Numbered from the stretch's first letter, positions 41,486 to 55,208 are shown. The stretch: 64,000 nucleotides of DNA from Lingula anatina (GCA_051362555.1 CM120641.1:39872401-39936400); one strand, 5' to 3'. The notes: generated by a model from the sequence alone, not told the origin. A program made the numbers and translations.

Positions 41486-44400
41486 TCAGTCAAAGTTGTC
41501 AGTCTTTCTTGAAACACGTTGGTCCAAGAACTTGTCCAATGCATCTACTGCACGAGACAGATAACCTATCCCCAGTTTTTGGTTTCCTATAATTTGGGAC
41601 ACTTCTTCTTGTCTGAAAATAAAACGTAGCTTTCATTATAACCAACCAAACATCATATTGAGGTTAGAAACTAGTGCAAGCTAGCCATTATACACATGTA
41701 GATATACTCTTTCAAAAAGCCAATTGAAAATAAAAGTCATTTTATCATAAAATGGTGTATTACAAATCTATAGCAATGAATAAAAAGATTTGAATCTTTT
41801 TTTATTTCTTGACACTTTGTTAATGTTTTGAGCCCATACAAATGATTCTAATAAGTAAAAATTTAAAAATGCATCTCTTGTCTGACCTCTGTTGTAGGAA
41901 AAAGTTCCAGGAAAGACAAAACATACCTTATATCCCCTATGCAGTGTTTAAAGTTCCATTCCACTGGCGTGTAGGGATACTTCCCAGGTTTCAGATGGAA
42001 TGTCAGCACAAACTTACAAAAGGCATCAAGGTGTGAGAACTCAATAGTTACACTGTAAAAAGGAAGATGAGCATCCATTATCATTTTATTAATGAGCATA
42101 TATGCTTAAAACCATTTTCAAGTAGAAAAAATGTTAAGGGTATTGGTACAAAAATGGTTTAGTAAAACAGATTTTGGTTTTTCTCTTGTTGCCAAGTGTC
42201 AGCTTCAGTTTTCACCTTTTGTATTAATTCAAAAAATGCATGGCCTTTTTCTTGGAATTTTGTTTGAAAAAATGAAGGTCATATTTCTCTGTTCTGAGCC
42301 TTTAAGTACTTCTTAAAACTGATTTAGTTATAATGCTTCAAAACTAACAACTTTAAATATAAATAAATTACTTCTGAGAAGAGACATTCTGCCATTACCT
42401 TGTCTCTGCTACTTTAACTACGTGTGTCAGTTGTATCCTCTCTACTTCAGCTGACAAAATACGGGCTCCAGTTACCACCTCTGATACACTTCTCATCATC
42501 TAAAATAATAAACAACCATACACTGATACAGCACAAGACATGTCCCAGTAGTATAAGGCAATGTCCTATTGTACACATGAAATGACCATTAAAACAAGGA
42601 ACTAAATGATGTCATAACTGCAAAGTTCCCATCCTTTAACATAAGCTTCACAAATAAGTTGATCAGGGCACTCACGCACACAGAAACCCCTGCACTATGA
42701 TTGCATTTATATTAAAAGAAAAAAAAACAACTCAATCTTTGTGCGCATTACATCAATTGATCCACAGTACTGGCATGCAATCTGCATGTGTACTGTACAT
42801 ACAGCAAATACTTAAATACCACAACTTTGACGAGAAATTCACCAGATTTCCAAAGGACCATTTTGTCAACATGCTAAAGCAGGTATCAAATTGTGTTAAG
42901 GCTGCATATTTTACCTGTGGCAAATGCTCTGTAGTAGGGAACGTCTTAATCAACTCCTCATCCCTGATAGTCCTCAGGATCATTGCATGGGCCAGATGTG
43001 CATAGCAGGCTACATCATCTAAAGCAGAGGGCATGTGATTATAAGAAAAGAATGTTTTATTTTAAACATTATTAAACAAAATTGATTTAAGTCACTGACA
43101 CTTTTTTTAAAGACAACTCAAAATTGCAGTTTCGTAGAAAATTATGACCTTCCCCATAATAGGAGTCCACAATCTAAGAAATTTTCTGCCTAAAAACTAG
43201 CAAACACACCTCCCAACTTTGAAGTAAACTGGACATCTGCAATGTTCCTGTGCTCAGTGCTGCCCCCTGTGACTGGGTCACATGTCTTTGTTCCATAATT
43301 TACAGTCATCAGCAAAGAGTCGTATAACCAAGAAAACTTGGCTCTGTAGTCATCAATGTCTTCAATGATCCATTCATTTAGCCTGTGGAAAAAACATTGA
43401 AAAACATACAACAATACTTATATACAAAACAGATACCATCAGTATTAATATTCACAAAAAAATATCTGTAAAGTGATAGGTACATACATAATTACCAAAA
43501 GTATCTAACAAGAAAAACATACTATGACACCATACAGAAACTGAATGCTCTGAAAATAAGAGTATGATCTTCTATAATATAAAATTGTCTCTGTATTTTA
43601 TTTTTATATATTTGTAAAATTGGCTTCACTTCTCAGTTTTAACAAGATCCTTAAAAAAATAATTTTATATTTTGCATTTTTTTTGTTAATCATTGACTTG
43701 AGCATGATTAAAAGAACCACCTCTGCATTCTGTCAAGGCATTGGGACTTGGCCAGCAAGTCTTCACTGGTTGAGCAAGGAACCATCATTTCCTTCTTCTC
43801 CAATCTAATTCTTCCAAGCTCTTTGTGCATGACATCATACTCCAACTCTAGTGCATCCTTTTTCCTGGCAAAAGTGATATAAACATTGCTAATTATCAAC
43901 TTAAAGACAAAATAAAGTTAAAAACTGCAAAAGACATCCTTTTAAAGAATGTGTATATATATCTTCATTCTGAGCAATACATTTTTTTGTCCACTTACTC
44001 TTTGGGCACATTGAACTTGTGCAGATGCAGTGGCCATTAACTATATAAATTTTAAATATTTCATTGGTATTTGGTGTGGGGTCAGTTAATATAGAAGACT
44101 GTGAATAGTGTCACAAATACCAGATCATCAGAACTTACTTGGTGATCTCATTCACTTCCATTTGCTTTTCCTCCAAAACTAAAAAGAGAAATAGAACAAG
44201 CAGCACTTAATAGTTGTAACATGGAAATTACCATAAGCTTCTTCATTACTGTTTACAAGTTACACATTAACCATGATATTGTTGTTCTTATGACAGTGAA
44301 TTGTAGATCTACTTTCCCCTACCTCATGCAATTTCATGAAAGTTGACACATGCTTACCTTGTTTTTCAACATTGAGATTTCCAACAATATCTACATACTG

Positions 44401-47400
44401 CTGAATATCTTGTTCGTCTGGTAATTGAAGATTTTCACTTGCTCTCAGCTGCTCCGTTATGTATGCATCAACTGGAATACAAAGTGTAACAAAGTTATTC
44501 AGGATTCATGTAGTTAATGACATGACACGGAAGTGAACTGCCATGAAATGTACATTTTCACCTTAGTGCAAGCGCTTCTGCAGACTAAGGCCATATTCAG
44601 AAGAGTGGACTAACTAGTCCGCAGGTCAAATATGGCAACCCACTAAAAACCTTGCCGTCTAATCCACTAACAGACACTGAATAGATTCCCCTTGGGGGAA
44701 ATGGGATGGCCATATTGGACACGCAGACTAGTTAGTCCACTCTTCTGAATGCAGCCAAAGTGAGTGGCTATTACAGCTCCTCTTATATCAAAATTCTAAT
44801 AAAATATTCAAGATCAACAACTGGGTGTGAATTTGTAAACACTCAGGATGACAATTAAAAAAAAAAAAAAAAAAAAAAACATGTAAGGATAACAGCACTC
44901 TTTCACATTAACTGGGAGTTTTACATGTCAATCTTACAGAACATTACTGCTAAACCAACTGCAATTTAAACAGGCAATGTTACCCAGCCCTTACCTTCAT
45001 TTAGCTTTACCCGTTGCTCATCCAAAGAAGTGCAAGCTTCTTCAAGTTCTGACAAACAGCTCTGTATGCTATCTTCTTCTTCCTGTCACGTAAAATGAAA
45101 TCTCAGAATAAAGGGTTTATATATAAAATTTCATCTTTGAAAAAAATTAACAATTCAGCCAAAAAAATGTAAATCAAACTCTTGGTCAGTACTTCATGGT
45201 AAAACTTACTTATAAGAGAGATGGTCTGGAAAAAAACTGACCTGAAGAGCTTCAAGAATTGTCTTAACTGCTTTCCCTTTCCACTGCTTAAACTTGGCCT
45301 TGGAATTTTTGCGACAAGCCAATACCAAAGCCCTGATCTTTGACTTCAGTTCCTTCATCTAAAATGACAATTTGAAATATTATCTTCAGTAATATCATCA
45401 TATCTGTGACAATTATAAGACATTATGAATAAGTATGCTACAGGATCAGAGAGGCATAGCCAGCTCCATGGTATGGGCCACCAGCTAGATAAGCACAACA
45501 TTTGGTTGATAGCTCAACAAACAGCAATTCTAGAAAAACCAGCAAATTGGTTATTTGTCAGAAATGGTTACTTTCCATATAAAAAAAAATATGTGGGCAA
45601 TGCAAGATAATTATGAAACAGTTACCTCAAGAAATAAATTAATGAAATTGCAAGCAGCTTCATACCACTAACTATTTTAACCATAATATAATAAATTTTC
45701 TAATTTCTGAGAAATGATGAAGCAAACACAAAAACAATAAACTGTTCATAAACTGTTTCAATTTAAGGCCTTTAACAGTTGTAACTTGTAAGACCAATGA
45801 ACAAACACAACAGCATGAATTCAAGGGTTTTTGTACTTTATGAGCACCCAATTACTTCATGCCAAAACAACAAGACACAGGAGCAGGTACCATGCCCAGT
45901 GGTACATTTTATCTACCAATCATGGACTAGTTACAAAGCTCTGTAATCTTATCTTTCAAATTCAAAGATACAGAAGTATCATACAGTAAGTGAAGACTAA
46001 TTACTTTCCTCTTACCTCTTCTTTTGATGCAACTCTCACTTCCTCGAATATTTCAGGATTGTTTTTATTTAATCTTTCTTCAACTTGAGCAACAGTACTT
46101 CTTAGCCTAAAAACAAACGGATATTTTCATACCTATGAAGAAATACATAGTTTGCTCATTGTACAATAATTTTCCTCATCTTTTGGGTATATTAGCAAAA
46201 ATCTACTAATATCCATTCTGTTTGTTAACACAGACCATAGAATATCATCTCAATTATCTAATTTCCTTACCATGAAAACACTTACTTTTCTATATGCTGT
46301 GTCAACCAATTACATGCCCAATCCATGGTTTCTAATTCTGGCTGCACAATCATCCCCAGTTCCAGATACTCTTGCAGACTTTCAGGGGGTGCCATCTAAA
46401 ACACAAAATACCCCAGCTGCAACTATTTACATGACGCCTGGTGTGAGTCTTTAAATTAACATAAGAAGACATGGACCGAAATAATACAGAAATATCACAT
46501 CACAGTCACATGGCATTTATTACAATAAATCACCATTTATAAAGTTCCCAAGCAAGCAGGATGGACATGTCTATTTCCGCTGAACTAATGTGCTGTACTT
46601 ATTAACAAGTATATGCAGACCAGAAATGAAGACTTACAGAGACTGGTGCCATGGTGCTCCTCCTGGTGCTTTTGGTACAAAATGTCACCCCACACATCAT
46701 CATCAAATCCTCCACTGTGATCTTGCCATCCACAGATGACACTGCCATAGACTATAAAACAAAGACAGGTTCCAAATATCAAGTCATTATGATTATTATC
46801 ATGTTGTGCTTGTTTCATGATAAGAGAAGGGTTCAGGTGTACCATTTGGGAAAAAAAATGAGATTGTGATAATAAGCTCCAGGCAAAATTCAAACTAGCC
46901 ACTTTCAAAATACATCATCTGAATAAGGGGGTAAATCATATTTTTTATGCTGCTTTTGTTCAAAAAGTTATCTTTGTCATCATCAGCAATAGTTAATACT
47001 ACTGTTAATACTTCCAATCAAATGTTATCCACAGCAGATTGGGTGTATCTTCATGAAAAACATTAATTCTGTAATTCAATCAAAATCAAAATAATATAGT
47101 GCCAAATGCCATACACTTTGAACTAAACACCACATAGCAAACTGACAATGTTACCTGCTCTGCTTTCTCGTCAATAACTGACAGCATAGATGTCTTGGAC
47201 AAAGTCATCTGAAGTTGTTCGGTGTCACTACCTGAAGAATAGCTGCTTTTGGAAAAGGAGTGAGCATTTTCTGACACTGTATTTTGCATTTCTTCAGTGT
47301 GGTCCATGTCAGGTATGGATTCTTCAAGGATGCCAAATTCTGAGGTTGAGGATGTGGGTGGCTTACTGGCTGGTTCACTGTATTCTAAAACAAAGATCTA

Positions 47401-50400
47401 CCATCTTACATGTGAACATTACACAAAAAACTGAATTGCAAATGTATTACGGATGAAAGATTTAAAAATTAACAATTTTTTTTTTACAGTGAATCATGCA
47501 CATGTTATTAAAACCAATAATTTGGAGTTGGATCAATCTAGGTAGACCGATAGTTTCAATAGGAATGAGCCCTAAAGCAAGACTGAAAACACTTTTCCCA
47601 TTGTATTATATGTTTGAGTAGCTGACTCACCTGTAAGTACGTCCCCCATTGTACACAGTTTCTGTATAGTATAGGTTCCTCCCTGGCCATCTGTGGGTGT
47701 GACAGACCTGCTCCTAGCTTCAATCTCCCCTTGCACTGAACATGTGCCCCTTGTAGAGCTGCCATCTGAGGAAAATTCCCTGGAAGACATTTCCCTCTGT
47801 GGATGAGAGGGTGAGGTATAAGACTGGCCTTCAAGTTGCTCTCTCTGGGATACATTACTTTTGTTTACATTGTCTCTGTGTGACATGGACTTCTCTGCAG
47901 GTTCCTTCTGTCCATCATCTTGTTCCAAGCCTTGGCTGCTCTTGTTCCCTACACAAGAGGTCAACTCCATGCAACCAGTCTGCTCTGCAAGTGGATTAAA
48001 CTTTGTGTGGCTGTCAGCTTCCAAGCCTTCAGGTGCAGGACTGTCAACCTCCCCAATACATGTTGTAAAGTCCATGTTATTTGTTAATTGACAATTGCTG
48101 TTGATAACAATTGTTGCATCACTTTTGTTATCCATAGTGGTTGGCATCCTGTCAGCTTCTTCAGATGAAGAATTGCAATCTGGGCTTTGGCTTGTCTTGC
48201 AGGGAGGACTGTTAACTTCAATATTACCAACACAAGTTGTGAAGTCCATTCCTTTGGTTGTATGTTTTGTCGCGTCTGCCATGGAGTTTGTAGTTTTGAA
48301 TGAAATGGAATCATCATCATCTTCATAATCACCTTCTGGGTTGCTGTTTGGGTCAAAAACAACTGTTTTGTCATCAGCTGAAGGTGCTGAGGGTTTGGTG
48401 GCAAATGAACCTTTGAGCTCTTCCACACTCACAGTGAATTCCATCTCACTATTCTCTTCTGCTGACCCTGAGGTCACCATTCCCTCAATCTCCTTGCTCT
48501 CTCTTCCAGGAAGAACCAAACCTGAAGATTAAGCAAAGATGAACAAGCTATGCACAGAGCACAATCAAAACAATCCTTTCAGACAAATAAATGAACACAC
48601 GTGAAGAAAAAATTTCATAAGGTAGATTTTCATAATAATAATAATAATAAAACATAGATTTCTAAGTTGATGAATTAAAGGTGTCATGAAAAAGATCCAC
48701 AAGTAAAAAGCTCACCTGTCACAACAGTCATTTCCATATCTTCTTCCCCTGTAGAACTAAAATGGATTGTCTTGTCTGTCTCATGTCTGTGTACATCCGT
48801 AGACTCAGTTAATTTCACTGCTGCCCTCTTTCCAGGCGAGGTGTTTACACTGAAGTTCTCTTCCATTTTACTTTGGTTCGATGTTGTTTTTCGTCCCTGT
48901 ACTGAATTCAAACCTAAACTCAAACTGCCCACACATGTTGTGAATTCCATGTCTGCACCCGTTTTAGCATGACTAAAAATAGTGGTTGATTCTAACCTGA
49001 CTTCCTCTGATGACACGCCCATACTGGAACTTCCAATACAAGTAGTGAACTCCATATCCCCCAAAGTTTTGTTATGGCTAAATATCTCTGTCCTTTCTGC
49101 TTCAGTTTCCTGTGCTTTCAAAGCAATACTGGGGCCACCAATGCAAGCTGTAAATTCCATATCTTCACCTAATTTACTTTGTGCAACAATCTTTGTCTTT
49201 TCTGCTTTTGTTTCATTTGCTGCTAATCCAAGGCCGGTACTGTTAATACAAGTTGTAAATTCCATGTCTGCTCCAGTTTTATCTTCGTTGAAAATCTTGG
49301 TCTTTTCTGCATGTGCTTCATTTGCTGCTAATCCAAGACCGGTACTGTTAATACAAGTTGTAAATTCCATGTCTGCTCCAGTTTTATCTTGGTTGAAAAT
49401 CTTGGTCTTTTCTGCTTGCGTTTCAGTTGCTATCAATCCAGGACTAGCATTGTTAATGCAAGTTGTAAATTCCATGTCTGCTCCAGTTTTATCTTGGTTG
49501 AAAATCTTGGTCTTTTCTGCTTGTGTTTCATTTGCTGCTAATCCAAGGCCTGTACTGTTAATACAAGTTGTAAATTCCATGTCTGCTGCAGTTTTATCTT
49601 GGTTGAAAATCTTGGTCTTTTCTGCTTGTGTTTCATTTGCTATTAATCCAGGACTGGCATTGTCAATACAAGTTGTAAATTCCATGTCTGCTCCAGTTTT
49701 ATCTTGGTTGAAAATCTTGGTCTTTTCTGCTTGCACTTCCTTGCACATCAGGCCAACACCGGTGCTGCCAATACATGTTGTGAAGTCCATATACGCTTCT
49801 GTATCAGTATGACTGAAAAGATTTGTCTTATCATGTCCCTGGGCATCTTTACCTGAGAGCAATTGCTTTGCACCCGTTACACTTGCCTTTATATCCCTAC
49901 CTGCAGCTAACTGACTGAAGGTTCCAGTTTTAACTGGACCCTGAAGTCCAAGAGAAGGATCAGTCATGCAAGCAGTGAAGTCCATGTCCTCTCCAACTTC
50001 ATCTTTGTCATTGAAGATCTGGGTCTTGTCTGAGTCATGTGCTTCTTCCAGCAGATGATGTCTTTTTCTTGCAGATGATGTCTTCATTGTGACTAAACCT
50101 CTTCCCTGAATCTGGCTCAAGAAGTCCTTTGAATCTATTGTTCTCAAGACTGGACTTTTCTCAATCTGTTTAAAATCAGGAAAATTGTAAGTATTTTGAC
50201 AAGTGGCTGAATCCACTGCAACTGTGTTTTCCTGAGATTTCAAGGGTTCAGACTCAGCCAAAGGTCCACCTACACATGCAGTGAAGTCCATGTCCTCTCC
50301 AGGTATTTCTTGGTTGTTGAATATCTGTGTCTTGTCTTTTTCTGACTTTTTATCTACAAATGTTGTTTTGGGTGCACCCAGCCCTCCTCCTTTAAGCTGG

Positions 50401-53400
50401 TTCAGGAAATCTCCAGAATCCACTTTTCTCACAACTGGACTTTCCTCCACCCGTTCTTTACCTGAAGCTTGGATCCCACCATGACAAACAGTAAAATCCA
50501 TATCCCCCATGTTGCCCGACTGGAACAGCTGGGTCTGATCTGGCTGGCTGCTGACATACTCCCTGTGTTCCAAGCCCTCACTTAATGGAGACTGGTACTT
50601 GTTCAGGGACGTGTTCAGCACAGTCTTCACATCACTTTCATTGTCAATGTCATATACGCCATGATACATCTTTTGGGGTGAAAAGGTTTTCTCTGGGACA
50701 AACAGCTTACTGGCAAGACTGTAAATGTGACAAAGTTCATATTAAGTACTTTAATACTTTAATATTTCAAAACAACATTTTTTTTTACAAAAGTGGAATT
50801 TCTTTTTAAACCAGACATTTTCACAAATATCTTCACTGTAACAAACTATCAAAACAACAAATAGTGAGATAATTTTTTTGTCAATACACAGACCATGTTT
50901 CAAGGAACTCAATGCATCAAACAAGTTACTAAAATAAAAAAGGTACCAACATAAAATATAAAACTTAAAACGACTGCAAATATGAGTATATAACTACCTT
51001 GGCTGCGACCCAGTCATCAATGTTTTCAAGAATCCAGAGGCATCTATCTTCTCTTCTGGTGACATACCCTTTTCACCAAAGTCGTCACCTATTGGCTCAT
51101 GAAGAAAGCTTTCATTCTCGGCCATAATCTTCCCATAGCACTGGGTCATGTCCATAGTGATGCTCACGTGGGTGGTCTGATTGTGCAGGCCAGTGACGTG
51201 ATCCAGGCTCTCGTTGGATACGTTTGGCAATGGGTGTTCGTACACTGACTGAAATGGAAAAACTTATTCATAACTAACTTATTTTTCTTCCATCACTGCA
51301 ATTAATGTCAGATTATTTTTAAAAAGTTGTGAAATTTCATTGATAACTGTTCCTGCATTTTTGCAGCACCTTGGAAAACTATAGGGTGCAAGTGATTATT
51401 TTTGTGCTTGAACTTAAAAGTACCCTAAAATGCACTATTTTCTCTCTTGAACAGAGCAAAAGTTGTGGAACAGTTATCAATGAAATTTCACAACTTTTTA
51501 AGAATAATCTCTTCTTACAATCTCTTAGCTACATCATGCATGCTGACAAAAAAATATATCCAAAAGTGCACAACTTGCCTCCAATGATGTGGTGTCCAAA
51601 GGTATGTCATTCTTGATTTGGCCAGTCAACAGGAAGTCCAGACCTGTTCACAAAAATCAAACAAAATGTATCTTTAGAGAAACTTTTAGCGACTTCTACA
51701 AAACAGGTTGCTGTAAATCAATTTTATTTCCAGATGGAAATTATGTTAAACTATTTAAACGTCAATTTATAAAGAAAACCGTTTGCATGACAGGTACACT
51801 TTCTCTGATGAAATTAAAGGAAAAAAGACTTACCACTTGGAACAGCATCATTTTCATTGCTGAAATAATCGATCAGAATGATAGACTAGTGGATGTTTTA
51901 AAAGCAGCAAATTCATCACACGTTCTATATTATCTGCTACTATCACAGCACCGTACATGCTTTGCTTCTAAACTATCAACTCAAAAATTAAAATTATCAA
52001 TAGGTAACACACATTTTGCATTATTTTACAAATTCCAAGATTTTGTATCAAATAAAAACTACTTGATATATATATATATATATAACTCAACCTTTAATAT
52101 GTCCACATCCTTATTATGATAATGGATATACATCATTAAGAAAAATTAACATCTTAAAAGCAAGTAATTTAAAATGAAACATGGCTTCACATTTAATTTT
52201 ATATATAGTGTAAAACTCACCTCTGTCCTGCTTGGTCAGCATCTAAAATTTTAAAGGTGAAGGTATATATCTGATGGAATTTCTCATCATATTCTTATCA
52301 ATTCAAAAATTGATCATGAATATGCAGGCAAATTACTCATTAAACGGTATTTATTTAAAAAAGGGTTCATGTTAGAATATCAAGGGCTGACTAAAGCTGA
52401 CACGCGAATCTAACAGGCGTGTGTGCGTGTGTGTGTGCATGTGTTTGAGTGATTGGGGGGGGGCTGAAAATTGACAGTGCTGTGCAATTATCCCAAAAAA
52501 AGTTAAAAACAAAATAAAAAACAAAGTTAAAAAACCTAAAACATCACATCCTTGATCTTAGATAAAAAGTCAACCATTGTGCATTCCATTCAAAACAAAG
52601 CATGCTTATCAAAATATGACAGGTATTCTAATATTTCTACTCACAGGAATTCATTGCCTGTTAAATGTTAGTGACATACCTTGTTTTTGCAGAGCTGAAG
52701 ACTGCAGGAAGGCTGTGTCCTTCACGAACTCTCTACAATTTTCAAAATGTAAAACATTAAAACATGCTCATCATTACAGAATCCAATCAATTTCTTTGCT
52801 TACTTTAACAACATGCACAGCCAATATTTTAAGAAGAAACCAAACTTTGAAATAAATATCTGGGCCTAATAACTTACTTGACTTGATATGTGTCAGCAAA
52901 GCTAACTCGTCTAGACTTGATCTTTCTTGTGTTGTCATCATCGTCACTCTGGACAGAAATAAAATTGATTCCCATAAGAAGTACAATTAAATTATTTACC
53001 ATAATGTTGGACATTCAAAAAACAATAAAAAAAATGCATCTTTGGTTGCATGAAACCATTTATATTATGTCAAAATTTATGTACTAATATTTCTCCAGGC
53101 TGAGAAGACAATGAGACATTTTTCCTAACTTAATGTATGCATATAAATAATCTATATTTAATTTTAGAAATACTTACTACTTTACAGTTACCATACCTTT
53201 TTCTGACTGTTAGGGTCGAGATCACACAAGGCCCCTCTGCTTGGAGACTTGCTAACTTTGAGAATCTATTTAGTTATAAAACAAAATGGGATTTAGAGCA
53301 CATCCTTTCAAAAAGAATTACATCAAAATTTACAACCTGATGGAAAATTTGATTTCATCTTGTAATAAAACTCCCAAATAAAATTTGTAAAATTAAATTA

Positions 53401-53829
53401 AGAATGATATAAAAATACCAACTGTGCAGTAAAAAGTCATCTGTGATCTTGATGTTTATCAAAAATAAAAGATGCAAGTTCCCTTCTTGCAATATACTCA
53501 CTGATGACCGTCTGTGTGATGACTTCCTTTTCATACCTCTAGCCTGACCACTGTAAAAGGCAAATATAACACTTGTTAGTACATACTTCTTTTTGTGGAC
53601 ACACAGAGAAAATATACCATGCAAAGCAAGTCTAAATTATTTTTCTACATGAGTTTCATCAGATTTCTGTTAGAGTCAAAGTCCATCCGTAAAATAGATT
53701 TTGTTTTTTTCAAAAACAAGAAAACATGAAACATGAAAAAATGATCAGTTATAGACAAGATTTAAACTCATATTTAGTTTTATTAATATAAAACCTTAAT
53801 GTTTCATTTTCTGTTCCTTGAAAGACCAT
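41486..53829 (-). CDS. KNL1: Kinetochore scaffold KNL1 (CASC5/Spc105)
   Basis: N-terminal RRSS|ILK (exons 53550-53502 and 53265-53197) and RRVSF (52948-52878) PP1 motifs, GLDFLLTGQI, about 18 MELT-like motifs (MDFT/MEFT/MELT/MDMT), KI-like motifs, coiled-coil exons (about 46.4-43.7 kb) and an RWD-like C-terminus ending ..CIGDIRQEEVSQII..GYLSRAV..FD* at 41486. Large exons are 50718-48716 and 48521-47631. The start ATG at 53829 is inferred. Confidence 0.93.
44589..44756. mobile_element. MITE, 168 bp, GGC..GCC termini (PIF/Harbinger-like)
   Basis: ggccatattcagaagagtggactaactagtc pairs with gactagttagtccactcttctgaatgcagcc. Flanks are taa and aaa. Related in its 5' part to the element at 76-341. 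Confidence 0.8.
48900..49830 (-). repeat. Coding tandem repeat, nine 105-bp (35-aa) MELT modules in KNL1
   Basis: tccat (the Met codon context on the minus strand) recurs at 48946, 49051, 49156, 49261, 49366, 49471, 49576, 49681 and 49786, exactly 105 bp apart. Consensus unit TQAEKTKIFNQDKTGADMEFTTCINSTGLGLAANE. Confidence 0.95.
51249..51578 (-). other. GC-AG intron in KNL1
   Basis: Exon 51643-51579 (GLDFLLTGQIKNDIPLDTTSLE) ends GAG|GCAAGT. It joins in phase 0 to tttcag|TCAGTGTAC (SVYEHP). I saw no phase-compatible GT donor nearby. Confidence 0.7.
51310..51510. mobile_element. Fold-back MITE with near-perfect inverted repeats of about 43 bp
   Basis: agattatttttaaaaagttgtgaaatttcattgataactgttcc pairs with ggaacagttatcaatgaaatttcacaactttttaagaataatct. 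Confidence 0.8.
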
Positions 53830-54909
53830 CTCTTGCGTCAGTGATGTCACTGATTTCTGGAAAAAAGTTACCATAAAAAATTAAGTTATAGGAAAATACT
53901 TGACAAATAAAATTGACGATTCTTAACTTATATACAGCAAAGCCCACGGCACTTTTGGTTGGTTTTGCAGCATTGTGATGAGAAGTAATCTCGATGGTCA
54001 ACTGCTAAATATACAAGTGCATTTTCATCAGCTGAACTTCAGTCATACTAAAATGTGCAACACAGTGCAATATATAGGCCAATACAATGCAATACAATGG
54101 GGGAAAAAAGACTCAACATAGTATAAACCAAGGAAAGGATCATTTAAAAGCAAATAGGATTATATTAAAGCCTGTACCTCTTCTGGGAGTTTTCAAACAT
54201 GGTGAACCCCAAATTCATAAACAAATCATAAGAATTTGTAAAGTTTTGTCAATGATATCAATTATCTAGCAATATATTTCGCCTTTATATAATTCTTTTT
54301 CTTTTGAATGACCATTTCCTCGGTAAACTTGCATTCGAAGTAGTTTCTTTTAGTGCATTGCACTGTGTTGACCTAATAGTATGAACTGCTGAACTTGAGG
54401 AAAGGTTGCAAAACTTAAAAAGTCAATAAAATGGAATCAAAACCTCAAGCCAAGACATTACAAAATTCCTCATTCTTTTCAACCAATGAATCTTGCAAAT
54501 GCTTAATTTTACAAAGTTTGTATTGTAATTTTTCTTGTGGAAGGATTCAGTCTATTATTATATTATTTGATGCATTTATTAAGTGACATTTCCCAAAAGA
54601 GGTTCTGATCAAAAATCAAAACAACCATATTAGGCGTTTTTTCTGATCTTATTTTTCAAGCCTTGAGATTTTATTGTAGCTCTAAATATGGTCATTGCAT
54701 GTAAAAAAAAATTTGATTTATCTGCACAGTGGTGTGCACTGTTCTTAATGACTGAAAGTGAAACTACAGTGTGAAACAAAATGTTTGGAAAGGGTACCAC
54801 AAAAACACAATATTTTGTGCCTTAAATTAGAATTAAATTACTATTTTTTCAAAACTTAACATACACACAACAAAGAAATTGGCTATCTCTTCATATGTAA
54901 AAAACCTAC

Positions 54910-55080
54910 CGACAAATCTTCTTTATAAGCTCATGAAAACATTAAGTAAATGCTATACAAATTCAAACGGTTGTGTTTAAAATGGCCGCTTCGCCAATGA
55001 GTCTGCGCAGTAGCATGTTTTTGAAGTAAATAAGTTTTTACTCTGTTATTTCTCAAATTACTTTAATTTTGTTGAAATAT
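54910..55080. promoter_or_regulatory. Bidirectional promoter KNL1/PRDX5 (CHR, MYB, YY1-like and CCAAT motifs)
   Basis: KNL1 5' exon donor at 54909 (minus) and a + strand donor gtaagt at 55081. TTTGAA (minus, 54962-54967), CAACCG (minus, 54968-54973), AAAATGGC (about 54979) and CCAAT (54994). Confidence 0.6.
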
Positions 55081-55208
55081 GTAAGTTTTATATCTACTAC
55101 CATACATTTATATTGTTTATTAAATTTCAAGGAAATAACTTGGTCTTCTTTTTGTCAAAATATTATATTTGGGAAATACTATTAATATCTACAGACTAGC
55201 TGTTAACT

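Noticed and set aside
48982-49812. 276-aa + strand ORF with repeats
   Set aside because: It is the antisense shadow of the KNL1 105-bp array. A stop-free unit repeated in tandem produces it automatically.
48900-49830. Regularly spaced repeats as a CRISPR-like array
   Set aside because: Whole 105-bp units repeat with no unique spacers, they are protein-coding, and the context is eukaryotic.
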